Positions 1 through 14,112 of a stretch of 64,000 bases of DNA are shown here, in pieces; positions within the stretch are counted from its first letter, which is position 1; each line of letters opens with the position of its first letter. The notes beneath the pieces were generated by a model, which was not told the DNA's origin, made no database searches, and saw only the letters and a program-made list of their open reading frames with translations. The position numbers were made by a program, and so were the translations under genes. Source of the DNA: Parasitella parasitica NRRL 2501 (Eukaryota > Fungi > Mucoromycota); NCBI GenBank assembly GCA_025201805.1, contig MU619262.1, forward strand, positions 197,817 to 261,816, written 5' to 3'.

Positions 1-3000
1 GTATTTTTCAAAATCGGAGCGTGAGATTGTCAGGCCAGTTACAGACATGCAGCTACTACCATTAGAAAGCCAAGAAGCGCAACATTTGAATAAACTATGT
101 TACAATAATTTTTTTCTTGAATTGGGTAAGCTATGGCTTCACAAAGCTAATTCTTTCTTCAAAAAAACATCATTTTTCTTTGATAGCGGAGATTAAACGC
201 GTCCAAAATCAGGAAGGAAAACTTCTTTCAGAAACTCGATTTGGACAAAAAGAAATCAAAGTTACTCTTTTGAGGCAAGATATCATCTTCTGATACTATG
301 CATACCACTGGTGTCAATCTATGATAATAGCTGTATTTTTGGGCGCTCTACACGATGGTGTTATTTTTATAATCCCCGTATGCCTATGGAAGGAATTCTG
401 CCAAAAAATCTCAAATACAGATTAAGAGCGAAAAGTCAATATTGTGCTTAATTAGAGCGCATTCCTAGGCATTCAGATCAAGGAATGGCCTTTTACGAGC
501 GTTTTCCTCCAATATATGCTATAGTAAAAAGTTGCATTTTTGGGGTCAAAATCGAGGATAATGCATAATCGATGATTTTGGATGTGTGGATACAAGGAAA
601 AAATTGAAAAAATCCGTCATTTTGCATCGAAAAAAAAATCATGCTCAAATTGCACCAAAATCATATATAATATAGTCTTTTCCCGATGGATACTATTTCT
701 GGCGTTTTCAGGGCACTTTAAATTATGAAAATCAGTCAAAAATGGCACAGGAAGCTCAAGTTTTTGTTTTTAAGCTGCAAAAAATATATATTTGGCGATG
801 ATATCACGTCAATATCGATTCTAGTACATGTCACAGCTATATAAAGTAAGTATTTTGATACCACAAGTATAGGTTTCTTCATAGCAATATGATTTAACAG
901 GTGTGGCTCATCGAGTTTGGGTGCAGACGAGGAAATTAATGAAGACAATGTTTTGCTGTAATAACCCTTTAATGTCAGTTCAAGAGTTCCTTTTTCTGTA
1001 ATTCTAATGCTAAGCATGTAAAATAGAACCTAAAATAGAGGTTAGGATTGAAGTTGAGGATAATTTTACTTACAAAAGTTAAGCTTCATAATAAGCTTTT
1101 GGTAGATTCCAGGTTCCAGGCACTATAATATAGAGTATCAAATTCTGAATAGGAGATAACTCGCTATACCTTACATTTTTGTACACCAGTCCGTCTGTTA
1201 TACTTTCCTTGAAATTAGATATGCTGACTTAGCAGATATGACATAAAATGATAATGCGAAGTCATAAAAATAGAAATTGTCATTTGCTTGAATATGCTAT
1301 GAATTTTGAAAAGACGTATAATCAAAGGAGAAAACAGATTAAATGGTTGGTTTAAACTTTGATTCGGGGATAAACTGCCGTTGTGTAGATGCATAGTTTG
1401 ACGGATACGTACAACTTAATGCCTTGCTAGTATATGCACTGTGATAGTTTGATAGTTTGATACTTTAATAATTTTGCAGTTCTATCGACTTGTCTAAATA
1501 GTTGAGCTTATATAGATGTCTAATATCCAACGGATATATCTAAAGTAATTTATCAACATTTAAACATTAAGAAATTTAAACAATTTTGTATTGTCGCCCA
1601 TTGGTGATTATTCAGTTCCAGGTTCTGAAGTGCATGTCGATAGTGTCGATAAAGAATTTTCATTGCATTGAAAAGTGGGATAATAAAAGGTCCAAATAGT
1701 CATTTATTTAAAAATACTTATTGCTCCTGCAAAAAGGCTGTTTGATCAAAAATAAAATAATTAGGGCGTCGCAATTCCGCATATCATCATAAAATGCTCT
1801 CTATTTTTGGGCTTTTTATTCTAAAAATGTGATTGTATTCAATACTTTTTCTTCTCTCAGAAACTTCTCAGCTTTTATCAGAAATAAAAAATTTGTTATC
1901 AGAAACCCTAATATATACCATCACAAACACCGTGAGATTCATCTTTTCCTTGAGTCATTTCAGAAAGGCTGTAATTCTTTTCAAAGTTTTGAACAGGTGC
2001 TCCTAATATTAGCAAAAGCAGCCACAACAGGACGGAATCAAACTGATTCCAAAGCTAAGCTTTATATTAGACTTTCTGTCTTGAGCCAAGCCAACGAACC
2101 CAATTCGAAGCATCATGTTATAATAAAGCTGCTTTTCTTATAAAGGACATGAATATATCAGATTATAAATGCCAAGTACTGATTATTATGCTAGTTCATA
2201 TGTACAGCACCTAAAAAAATATATTCATTTGTGATCTGGAGGTGATGTAACAGATTGAAAAAGGTTACTATAATATTTTCAATACCTCCTCTTTTTCGTG
2301 TCGTTTATATACGATTTATCATCTTGTTGTATTAGCATCATCATCAATACAAAGGTTGCAGAGAAAAAAAATTACTTGATTATATAGTTTGTTATAGTAA
2401 ACATGGGACACAAGTGTTTACATTGGTGTGGTATTTATATTCGGGTATATGCCCTTCTCCTAGGATTTCCAATTATAATGTCAACTGATTTCAAGGAACC
2501 CTACCCGGTACTTCCCACGTTTATGAAGTTCTAATGGAAATCTCTTTTCGAGTTTTATTGAGATGCCGAAAACCCTGAGGTCCCTACTTATTTTACCAGG
2601 GGAAAAATCGAGTGATTTGTTTGCCGAACCGATGGAGAAAATTCACATCTTCAGTCCAATTAGGGTTTACGAAGGGATTGAAAGGTCCTATATTTCTGTC
2701 ATTTGCCACACAATATCTTAATAAGGCTACCTTTTCGACACTTTTTTGAAGGCAATTGGATCACTTTAACATTTAGGTTGAAGCCCAGTTCCAACAACAA
2801 AGCAAATATAGCTGTGATCATGACATCAAGACCGAGCTACATGTAAACAATAATACTGTACAAACAATAGAGAAAAACCTCAAAAAATGAGATGTGTCAA
2901 GTAATCTCAAATTCTGTAGTCATCTTTAACATATTATTCTATATATTGCTCAATTCAATACGCTTTCACAATCTCTTGTTTGATAAAGGCTCCATTCCAT

Positions 3001-3597
3001 TCCAGACATAGACCCAGAATTTGTTAGAGATTTCGCTATATATTCTCAAACAAACAAGAGCTTAGAGAGTCTTCTTTTATTTAGCTTTGCTTTTTTGTTA
3101 TGAATTCATCCTCGATTACCCTCAGATCATGCTCAATTTTTTTCAATTCAACAATGTGTATTGATGCGAAAATGTAAAGTTTAAGGTCGCATTTTGATGA
3201 GCGCACTGATCATTGTCACAGTGTGATGGTCCAGACATGGCTTAATATTGTTAGCTATGGCCGTGTAAGCTAAAAAAAAAATGGGATAATTGAGTTGGCG
3301 TACATTTTAGTTGCAAAGAGATATCTCTACGAATGCGCTATTATGCAGGCAAAATTGGCATTGTAGGCAGGATTAATTACTGCATTTCAAGCATACGGAT
3401 ATATCAAAGTAATTGGGCCTACCTTTTATGGTTGTATTTTTTTCTTGTATCCCACCAAATAGCAAGAAAGACAAGAAGAAAACCGGGTTATCGTCGTAGG
3501 AACGAAAATCAAAAAGCAAATTATTTTTAGCTTTTCTTTTTTCAGCTTTACAATCCATTTTCTTTCTCGTTTTTTTTTTTTTTTTTTTGTTTTTTTT

Positions 3598-3628
<31 letters not shown>

Positions 3629-3643
3629 CTTGAAAAATTAGTA

Positions 3644-5473
3644 ATGGAAAAGAGGTTCAAATTCCAACGGTCATCAGCCAGTCAAAAGAAATCAAACATC
3701 GACAGACCACAGAGAAAGCAGACAAGCAAAGGTATGGTATACTTGAAGAATACACCCAGTGATATGGTCTTAATAAGCAGCTCCTCTGGATTCAGCAGAC
3801 TATGCGATGCACAATTATCAAAAAGATCAATTATATTTGGAGTCTGATTTCAATGGTGGTGGAGGTTCGCTCAAAAAGACTCTGCTACCACAATCGCCTG
3901 TTCCAACACAAATGAATGATGATTCTTCGCATTATATATCAAAGTCTCAGAGAGACCTTATTCCGCATACATTTGACCTCAATGACGTTATACACAGATA
4001 TGGAGACCATCCTGAAGTATTGGGGTTGATACTCTCTAGCAAGGTTGAAGAAGATAGAAGGAAAGCAGAGGAGGCCCGATTGCGACAAAAAGAGCTAGAA
4101 TACCTCATTCTTTCAAAAAGAGGCAAGTACAAACTACGCCATCATAACAAAATATTTCATTAACATCATGACAAAGATACCTTTCATGAGGAAGCGCATT
4201 CCAAACAAAATGAGTATGTGTCCAGTGAAACTCATGAGCCGATGAAGATAATATCAAAACCCTTTCATGATGCCAAAGACAAAACAACGCAATCAGTATC
4301 AGATCAAGATATTGCATACTTGCACTCAAATTTCAAAGAGTGCAACAGAACTTCATACGCTGTAAAGCATCCTCAAGTGGACTTTGGCGATGCAAATTCA
4401 GCACATCGACCATCAGACAGTAGTGATAATTTCCCCTCCTCATACATTTCGGCCCAGCAACGTCTACTTTATGGAAACCGAGACAGGCATCATGGCAGTA
4501 TCAAACAATTTCTCTCCCCAAGTCAATCTGCGGAAAGCTCGACTAAAACTCCAAGCCGTCAATTACAGACGTCAGATTTCGTGTACACGAAAAGAGATGC
4601 GGGTAATTACTTACCAGCATTGCCCAAATCGCCAAGCAACGAAAATCGACACAAAAGCACCTTTGGAAGAAACATGCTACCTCCGATCAATGTACCTCTT
4701 CAATCACACGGAAGAACCCAAGAGCCGACTTGTTCTAGTTCGATCGTAACAGTAAACTTTCCATCGTCGAGGGCTCAACCTGAAACCCTCAAAAGCGTTT
4801 CAAGCTTGCATTCATTTGGAACTGCAAATATAGACACACTACCTTCTGAAGACGAATCTTACCCATCAAGGTAAAGACTTGAATTTTTTGAGGAAATTAC
4901 AAATAGTTAATTTCTTTTGGCAGTGAATCGTTGCAAAAAGAAAGACGACCAAGTGTCCAAACAGAAAAATATCCCCTTGGTGACAAAAGTCCATCGAGCA
5001 AAGAGCAGCAAACATCAACACAGCCGGATAACAACGTAGATACAAGCAGTTCATCGCCATCAAAAAAGTTACTACTCCCGTCTAATCATTCTCGATATGC
5101 GCAAAACCATGTAGAGATGACAAACAGACCTCGCAGAAGAAAAAGGGAAATGCAAGCTATTAGCATGATTATCGAAACAAGAGAGTTTCCATACAATGAC
5201 GAGTATATTTGGAAAAACAATGGAAACACAACCCAAAAAAACACAGGCCAGAAGAGCATCTACTACAAATGCTCAAACAGCGTAATGGTAAGGTAATTAC
5301 TAAACAAGTGTGATATCTGTGTCTAACATGCATGTAAAAAAAAAAAAAAAAAAAAAAAGGGATGCCCTGTCAATAAAACAGTTACTTTCAAAGAAAATGG
5401 AGAATATCTGATAAAGTATAGAGGAAATCATTTGAATGACTGCAATAAAATAAAGCGGGTTGTTGACATCTGA
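3644..5473 (+). CDS. Fungal-type WRKY-like transcription factor (5 exons)
   Basis: Exons 3644-3731, 3781-4122, 4177-4870, 4924-5287 and 5360-5473 join in frame. The C-terminus reads DEYIWKNNGNTT..YYKCSNSVM|GCPVNKTV..YRGNHLNDC (C-X6-C..H-X3-C). Intron 2 is GC-AG. Confidence 0.85.
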
Positions 5474-6030
5474 ATGTCATCGCAACTACGTGTATTCGAT
5501 AGATCTGGAAGCGTAGCGATTTACCAGATCATTCCAACAAGAAAGGCTGGCCTCATTAATTTGTTGACTTTCTTGAACGCGTGCTAAAGCGCGTCAATGT
5601 CTTTAATAACTTGCGGATTCAACAACGTTCTTGTAAAGTAGACACTCATTTGTGCGTAAAAATTAAAATCCAATGGGTCATAGTATGCAAATATGATGGA
5701 CAAGGTATAACAGGCCAAAAATCATTTGTCGAATACAACGCATGACGCCAATTCTTCCTGTCTACGAATATTGTGCAATGAAGAAATGGGGGTCTTCTGT
5801 TTTAAAGGAGTACAAGTCTGATGTATGGACTTTTATTCATATCAATACTGCAAATATCTAATATCAATTTTGTCTATTGAATTAATAATTTATTTTTCTC
5901 AGCATTAATATATGATATACAACAAAATAGAAAGGATGAAAAGTGAATGTATTTATATAATGATTTACATGGTTTTTGTTTTGTTTTTTGTTTTTCGTTT
6001 TTTTGTTTTTTTGTTTTTTTGTTTTTTTTG

Positions 6031-7689
6031 TTAAAAAGAAATACCCTCTCCACGTAATTCCTTTTCAATGACATCAATAACTAATTGAGGGTCGGCACGA
6101 TCAACGTGAGTTACTCTACGCTCTTTTTCTAGTAAACCATGAAATTCCTTGGGCAGAACATCTTGAGCAAAATCAAACCCAGGGGTGGTTTTTAATGATG
6201 CTTCAACAGCTTCAGAAAACTTGGCAGGGTGAGCAGTAGCTAGACAAATGAAAACATCAGAGCCTGTCGGGTAGGTCTTGGTTTCTGTACTTTGGATGTA
6301 ATCATCTGCGGCAGCTACGCCAACTGCAGTATGAGGATCAAGAACATAAGGGTCTTGATCGGCGTTCTTTGTGACGTAATAAGAAAGAATAGTAGCCGAG
6401 GTTTCAACATCGGTGACACAAGCAGCATCAAAGACCTCACGAGCCTTCAAAACAGCTTCATCAGAAACGCGGAATACACCCTTTTCCTTTAATTCAATCA
6501 TCCAGTCGTTTACAGTTTGACCAGCCTTATCGCACAGTTCCTCGCTATCAGTCTTACCGTTATCAGATTCAGTCTCACGGACAAGATACCACAACAAACG
6601 TTCAAAATTGGAGGACACCAAGATATCCATTGCAGGAGACAAGGTGGTCTTGACACCACCATCAGCACCAGTTTGTTTCTCGTATTTATGCGAGTTGAAG
6701 AAACGATAAAGAATGTCGTTTTCGTTGGTGGCAATCAACAGTTTGTTGGTAGGGAGACCCATACGGTAAGCATAGTAACCAGCCAAGACATCTCCAAAGT
6801 TACCTGTAGGAACTGAGAAATCAAACTTGATAGCATCGGCTTCAGGAGAGGCAGCATCAATGCCCAGAGAGCGTAGCAAAGAAAAGTAGGCTTGGAAATA
6901 ATAGACAGTTTGAGCCAAGATACGGGCCCAATTGATAGAGTTAACGGCACCCAAATGGTGGCGATTGTTAAACTCTTTGTTGCCAAACAAATTCTTGACA
7001 ATATCCTGGCAATCATCAAATGTACCTTCAACAGAGAGGTTGTGAACATTTTTATCCAAAACAGTGGTCATTTGGGCCTCTTGGATAGGGCTTACACGGC
7101 CATTGGGATGAAGAATGAAAACAGAGACATTCTTCTTGTTACGGAGGCCGTAAATGGCAGCACTGGAACGATAAACTGGTCAGCTTGCACAGCTCAAATA
7201 TCAAGGGTTTCTACAAACTTACCTGCCAGTATCACCGGAAGTAGCTCCAACAACGGTCAGGCGGTGAGTCTTGCCGCCTGCGGGTTCCTTGCTGTTACGA
7301 CGCTCCAAGAAATACTCAAAGAGATTACCGACAAACTGAAGAGCAACGTCTTTGAAGGCAAATGTAGGGCCATGGAAAAGCTCCAAAATATAAAATCCAT
7401 TGCGGATCTTTGCAAGGGGGGTAACTTCATTCGAACGGAAGGTAGAGTAAGAGCGTTCAACAAGCTGGGCAAGTTCAGCACGAGGAATCTCGGAATCATC
7501 AATGAACAACGACAAGATCTCAACAGCTAATTGCTGGAAACTGAATTGGGCCCAAGCTTGGCGCCAGTTGGCAGGCAAAGCAGGGATTTCTTGGGGGATG
7601 AAGAGGCCTCCATCAGGCCCGAGACCGGTCATAACGGCTTCCTCGAAAGAGTAGTTTTTGGCTTGGCCACGGGTTGAGCGATACTGCAT
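6031..7689 (-). CDS. THR4: Threonine synthase
   Basis: Motifs MQYRSTRG, LELFHGPTFAFKDVALQ (PLP lysine), ATSGDTG|SAAIYG across intron 7163-7222, NSINWARILAQ, VPTGNFGD and ATAHPAKF. Confidence 0.97.
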
Positions 7690-8912
7690 TTTGAGATAAT
7701 CGAGTGTAAGAAGAAACAAAAAGATCTCTGATTAAATGTATGATAAGATTCTTATGAAGAGATAGTGTAATTGGTTAAGTGCAAATCTGAAGTCGTGACT
7801 CATTTGTCATCCACATTATGGCCATTGGTTGGATTCCATTGCTTCATTTGAGGATGGATAATGGAATGCGACATTTAGCCTTGTCTGTTTCAAAATCTAG
7901 TCATCAAGATGCTTCAAAATTTTATTCTTTCTATTGGCATTTTTATTGCTATTTTGATCAGCCATCGCTAATCAGACAAGTCGCAAGGCACAAATGCAAT
8001 GTTAATTTTTGGTGGCATCAATCAACGGTGTACCAGATGCTAAGGGAATTTTTCCGCCATTCACAGGTCAGCACAATTGCCAAAATGAGATTAAATTGGC
8101 AACCGACATTCCACTGCAAGTATTAAGCAAGAAAATGTAACATTGACCATCTGGATTTAGAAGGCCAAGCTTGCATGCTTATTTTTATCACTAGCTTTTT
8201 TTTCTGTTTTCTTTTTGGTAAGCATTGTCAAGTGTAGACGACTTGCCAAATGCTACGTACAAATAACACTCTTCTTTATGATAAATTCTTTCCAAAATGT
8301 GATGTTGATTTATTCTACTTGCTATTCTTCTTCTTTATCAGCGTTTTACATATTCATACTTATGATACCGTAGGCTGGCACTTTTTTTTAAAAAAAAAAT
8401 TAGCAAAGAATGAAAGATAGAGATTGATCATATAATTGAACTCTTGTTTATATTGCCTATATTATCCGGCCATTTAAGGAGGCAATATAAAAAGCATGAA
8501 TAAGAATGATTATCTATGATAGACTGTAAAGACAAACAGAGTGCTGCGAATTTACTTCTAGCACTATTTCATAATAAATGGCTCGGTAGTAATGCAAAGC
8601 AAAACAATCTTACATTCATTTAATATACAAGAGTGTAAAGGTTCTGTCTATCTTGTCTGCGCAACAGGGTTTAAAGTCTTCTTTAAAACGCACCTCATCA
8701 TAAAATCTTGATTGTCAAAAAGAAAAAAAGGGTTTGTGCAACATTTGTTTGAATAATGATTTATTACTACCAAAGACTGGTATTTATTAATAGCGACATG
8801 GGGTTAGAGAATTAGATGAATAAAATATACTAGCAACAGCGTCAAGCTGTTATGATGGGCGTACAGAGTGTTTTACAACCATCAAAGTTTTTGGTCACGA
8901 ACATGTTGGTAC

Positions 8913-10445
8913 TTAAGCTTCAGCCTTTTCAGACACTCTCTCACTGATGGAAGCGCCTTCTTTGTGCTCATCACTGTCCTCCAAGTTTTCGATTTGTCCA
9001 CCGACCATGGTGCCAACAGCGTGCCCATCTACAAGGTTGTCTACAGTTTCAACAGTGACATTAGGAACGGTCCAAGAAACAACAAATGCGAGGAGAAGGC
9101 CGACAACATTGATGGCGAATACGACGATAAGCTGAGTCATGTAAGCAACTTGTTGGGATTCAAGTTGGTTAGCAATGGCGTTGGCAGCATTTTGAATTGT
9201 CTTGTAGAAGCCACCATAACGAGCAGCGCGTTCTGTGTCGTTGGTCATAGTACCCATCAGCCAATAGATAAAGCCTTGGTAGACGGCATCGATAAGACCA
9301 AAGAGGGCATATTCAATGACTAAACCAGGATATTCTTTGTCATAGACATCAATTGGGACCCAAGTAGATACATCTTGTATGGATGTACGAGTGAATTTCG
9401 TTTGAATAACAACGGCGCCAATCCAAAGCGCAGCGATAACAATAAGTGTGATGGCATTGCCGTACAAGGCACGCTGCTTGCGAGAACCGAGCTTGGAGGA
9501 GTCAAGGAACCAGCCAAAGATACCAGCACCAATGATTTGGAATAGCCAGTACAGTAAATTGTTCAGAGCACGGGCACGAATATGCATAAAACCAGGGCCA
9601 TTATAAACATTAAACTGATATGTGTAGAACCAGTTGGAGCCAGCAAAGAGAGGGATCAAGAGAATCATGCGCCAATCCTTGAAAAGTTTCAAAACCTCCA
9701 AAGATTCACGTTTCCAGTTGGAGAATTTGTGGAGAGAGACATGGGAGCCGTCAGCTCGGACAACTTTGCTAGCAGGAAGAAGAGCAAGAGTCAACATGGC
9801 ACCGAAAGCCATAATCACCATGAATGCAATATAAGTTGTATATTTGACTTCGGATTTGGTACCTGAATTCCATTCGTTACCCAGGGGAATGGCAGCACCC
9901 AATGTAGCACCCCTAGTCATATATTGTGCTCATTAGCCAAGGTATACATAATTAGTTTGACTAAACCTACAAGTTGAAGACCATCCAAAAAAGAGAGAAA
10001 GCCTTGCCTTTATCTTTTTCAGAGGGATAAGACATCATAATACCAGCCTGAGCGGTCCATAAGAAACCAGCACCAATACCGAGAATGGCACCAGCCGCAA
10101 TAGTAAAACCTTCATTAGCGGACAAGAAAGAGCCGACATAAAGAACATAGCAAAGCGCTGCAGGAATAAGCACACGGTGGCCGAAAATATTATAACTACG
10201 GTATATTGAATACGTTAGATTTTGTTGATCTGGTTACTGAATTGTACTTACACAGGGGCGCCAATCAATGAACACAGCGTAAAAGTGACAGCCAAAGCAG
10301 TGCCGCCGTCAGTAGCCGCTTTAGTGGTCGACTGACCTTGGCCTCCAATACCACTAAGGGCATTGAACATACCAGGGCAGCAGAAGCAAATCATGCCAAC
10401 GATGAAGATTTGGAAAACTGGGCTATTATAACGAATCAGACCCAT
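8913..10445 (-). CDS. UNC-93-like MFS transporter (3 exons)
   Basis: Motifs FCCPGMFNALSGIGGQG, AGFLWTAQAGIMMSYP, ASKVVRADG, SNWFYTYQFN and ARYGGFYKTIQ, with many TM segments. Introns at ~10196-10251 and ~9914-9970. Confidence 0.9.
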
Positions 10446-11108
10446 TTTTTTTTTTTACTTTGCAAGCGCTAGGGGTGACTTTAAAAAAAAAAAAAAAAAA
10501 AAAAAGAAAAGGAAAGAGGTTTGAAGAGACTATTAAACCAAAACAAAAGGGATTGTATTTATATATATACAGACATTTGCAATAAAAAAAAAAAGGGTTA
10601 CTGTCAGAAGATCAGGTTATGAAGGGTCCTATTAGAAATTGCAGAGGTCATTGGTACAAATAGTGTTGCTCAAAGGTATCACTGGAAAAAAGCCTTTATT
10701 TGAATCACATTTTTCCCAACGGCTGGTTGGCTGCAATCGTTACATACGCTTGGTAGGTGGTATGATTACGTTAGAAATCCCTGTGAAAAAAAAACCTATC
10801 ATTAGTGCGACAGTTTTATATATCCTATCTTTTGCCATACCTGAAGTTTTGTGATCCAGTTTTCCTATCTCTTTTACTATCGCATTATTGTTGATATACG
10901 CGTATAGACACTGAATGGCATTATGCATGATGGCTGGAAGCCCGGATGATGTATATATACTGCAATAAGACTATATAGGGTACCGAAGGCATCGTATGTA
11001 TCGTACTATATACCACGCAACATACATGCAAACTGAATCATAGGATCAAGGGAATAACCAGACACACCAATCAGGCTAGGAACGAAAAACCCTGCTGAAC
11101 CCTGAACA

Positions 11109-11118
11109 NNNNNNNNNN
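11109..11118. other. Assembly gap (N run)
   Basis: N bases followed by poly-A. Confidence 1.
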
Positions 11119-11223
11119 AAAAAAAAAAAAAAAAAAAAAACGCACATAACTGCCATCAGTTTACTTGTTTGACATTCACTCTAATAAATTCTATATTTTA
11201 TTTCTATATCAACCATTATCTGG

Positions 11224-11599
11224 TCAAACAGCCTTTTCAGAGGCCTTGTATTTGATGAAAGCCACCAAGTTCATCAATGCTTCGTCGCATCTATTTCTCA
11301 GATCAAAGTTTTTTCGTCGATCTATCGATTTGACCTAAAACAATTGATTGGTTAAAAAAAAAATCAGTTGCATTCTTGTGCAACAATATCTCAGTTACCA
11401 TGGTTTTGACTGCAGGCAAAATTTGCTTTAGCTGATTGTTAAATTTGCCTTGGACATAAACAGGAGCATCATAGTCAAAGGCACAATCACTATAAACATC
11501 AAATATGAAATTTAATGCTTCGACAGCAACATCCGGCTTGGTCTTGTGAGAACCGATGTTACTCAATATATCCATAATGAAAACGCCAATGTCCTACAT

Positions 11600-11672
<73 letters not shown>

Positions 11673-14112
11673 GTTGATACGAGAACACAACGACTTTATA
11701 TGGTGTAACCGTTATTACCTTATTTGTGCCAACATCACCCTGTCTCACTGCAATAGGGCCCAAACACCCTACAATTTTGACATGCATAGACCCATTATTT
11801 GTTGTTCTGTATGCACCGAACAAAGAGGGCACATGCGTAGATTCTAATGGCTAAAACAAGAGAATAGCAGAAATAGGAAATAGTGTCAGTTGCGAAATTA
11901 AAAAACAGGGATAGGGTTGTGTGTGTGTGTGTGTGTGTGTGAAAGTCAAGGGATCGTATTATATAATGAGTAAAAACAAATAATCATTTGTGCGCTACCC
12001 TTGATTTTTCCCTTAAAACTTACGATATTCTCACCAAGACCACGGCCAAGGGCCCAAAGACATCCAACGACGACTTCCAATATTTGGTCGCGGTTCTCAG
12101 ACTCTGGAGCAGATCCAATCGCATTTGCTGTTGAGAAGAGCCATGTCCATGTCCTCTGTGCATCGGCAGCGTGTTCTTTGAACCAGAATTTGGAAGGGAC
12201 CTCATTCATAGCCAATAAGAAATTATTCAGACATTCCAGAGCACGTTGATGAGTAAGGGTCAGTCCTTGTGTGACTCCAATGCAAAGGATAGCATCAGCA
12301 GGGAACGATAACACAGTAGGGGTTGCTAATTCGAGCAATTTGGGAAAAACTTTGAATGTGAAATTGCCGAGAACAGGATTTGATCGAACAGCGGCCTCGT
12401 CAACTACGGTCGATGTGGTTTGTCCTAAATTCTCGGCGTCACGCAGATAGGTATCAACGTTGTCCTCGTTCAAATCGTCTGTAATGTCCTCAGTGTCTTG
12501 ATCTTGCTCCATATCGTCACTAGCATCTTCCCAGTCATCTTCTTCTGCAATGCCTTGTAGGCAGATGCTCGCCAACAGTTCCAATGACAATTGCAAGGTT
12601 GCCAAACGTTCTTCCGCTTGTTGAATGTAAAGCTATCGAGAAAGTTAGCTACACAAAGAAAATCAAGATGTTACATGCTTACGTCTTCTTTGGTTAACGG
12701 CTGTGTCGGCTTGTCAGTACTGTCAGTGGTTACATCATGATCGGTGACATTCTATATGGCAAACTTCAGCACATCTACTTTGTTTTTTCTTTTCTTTTTT
12801 GGTGATACTTACGCCGCTATCGATTGCCTGTTTCGTCTCTTCAGCGGCTCTTTGGATGTCAAAATCCAGAGATGAAATCAGAATAGGAATCACGATCTTG
12901 TTCAGCTCACCAAGAGCATCACGTTCATCATCCCACAACCCCGACAGTTTCACAGCCTCACGCACATTCATCAAAGTAGCTATGAAGAAGGTTAAGTGGC
13001 CATGAATTGCTACCCTGTCAGTAGTTACATGATACGTACCACAAGCCAGCACGCGTACCTGTAATTTCTCAGGACTACTGCATTTGCTTAAAACATTTAA
13101 TAGCGTTTGTGCATATTCAGGGTGGCTCTGAAATTCGACATTGATATCCTTGTTGTCATCTGTTAATGTGGTTAAACATTGACCTAACATGGACGAAAAA
13201 AAAAAAAAAATTAGTCTGTTGAGCACGTATCGTCTATTAGTGAAATCCCCGTACCAGCAGCAACTACAACTCGAGTGGGACATTGATCAGCAGCAGACAA
13301 AAACGAGATTAAAAACGCAACGATATTCAAACGGTTGACATCCTTGATGTACTTTTCTGACGCCTCACTAAATAGTCGGTCAATTACCATAGCTTCTGAT
13401 GCCATCTCCGCCCTAAAACAAACCTCAAGCTCCAAATGATACAAATGAAATTCTCAGCAACATCCCAAATAGAGGATCTTCGGTCCTGATCTGCGGTATC
13501 AACAAGAGGAGCATTGGTAAGCACCAAGTCAATAATTTGAGAAATCTGCACTCAAAAAATCTAAGTCTACGGTGTATAACGCAATAACAATTTACCCGTA
13601 CCTGAGGAAGCATGCTGCTTAAAGGAGTCAAAATATCCTTGGAAAAATATTCTTGACAAACGTCAGGATCAACAGCACACAGGTTTCTGTTTCGATACAA
13701 GGCAGTAAATACATTTGCCAACACAATCAACAGTCAAAAACCCACCTCAGTGTCCCTAAAGCTTCTTCAACAACCTCGCGAGTAGTATCGCTCAATAACC
13801 TGATCAAACCACCTACAACACCCTTGGACAGTAATAAGTTGAGGTTTTGACGGTTGGACATGATCAAATTGGAGACCGAAGAAGCAGCCCAGCCTCTCTC
13901 TGTTGCATCAGGAGATGATAACTAGTAAATTTGTCAATCGATTCATTGTCTTGAGAGTCTACAATGCTGATTACCTTTGCAACAACAGGAAAAACTTGAT
14001 CAGGTTGAAGAACCATTTGCTGTGCATTGCTACCTTCCTGGACACCAGCAGCAATTCTGGCTCCAAGAGTATTTGAACGAGGCTTGAAAGTCTTTCTCGA
14101 TGCCTTGCCCAT
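11224..14112 (-). CDS. SYO1: ARM/HEAT-repeat importin-like adaptor Syo1/HEATR3 (about 11 exons)
   Basis: Basic N-terminus MGKASRKTFKPR, then KLSSPDATERGWAASSVSNL, EEALGTLRNLC, an acidic loop, EALNFIFDVYSD and LRNRCDEALMNLVAFIKYK. Ten GT-AG introns restore the frame. Confidence 0.85.
11601..11669. repeat. Poly-A tract (poly-T within a SYO1 intron)
   Basis: About 69 consecutive A bases. Confidence 0.95.
11919..11941. repeat. (TG)n microsatellite in a SYO1 intron
   Basis: Read directly from the sequence. Confidence 0.9.

Noticed and set aside
3373-3660. Poly-Lys and poly-Phe ORFs (also 11599-11832 and 5874-6077)
   Set aside because: They are translations of non-coding homopolymer tracts.
10595-10660. 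TPP-riboswitch-like string ACCCTTCATAACCTGATC upstream of the UNC-93 transporter (minus strand)
   Set aside because: It lacks the upstream CUGAGA and the downstream GNUAAU..C.GCG..GG elements of the aptamer.
11852-12023. Hairpin TCAAGGG..CCCTTGA in a long SYO1 intron as a snoRNA
   Set aside because: No proper C/D or H/ACA boxes inside the stem.
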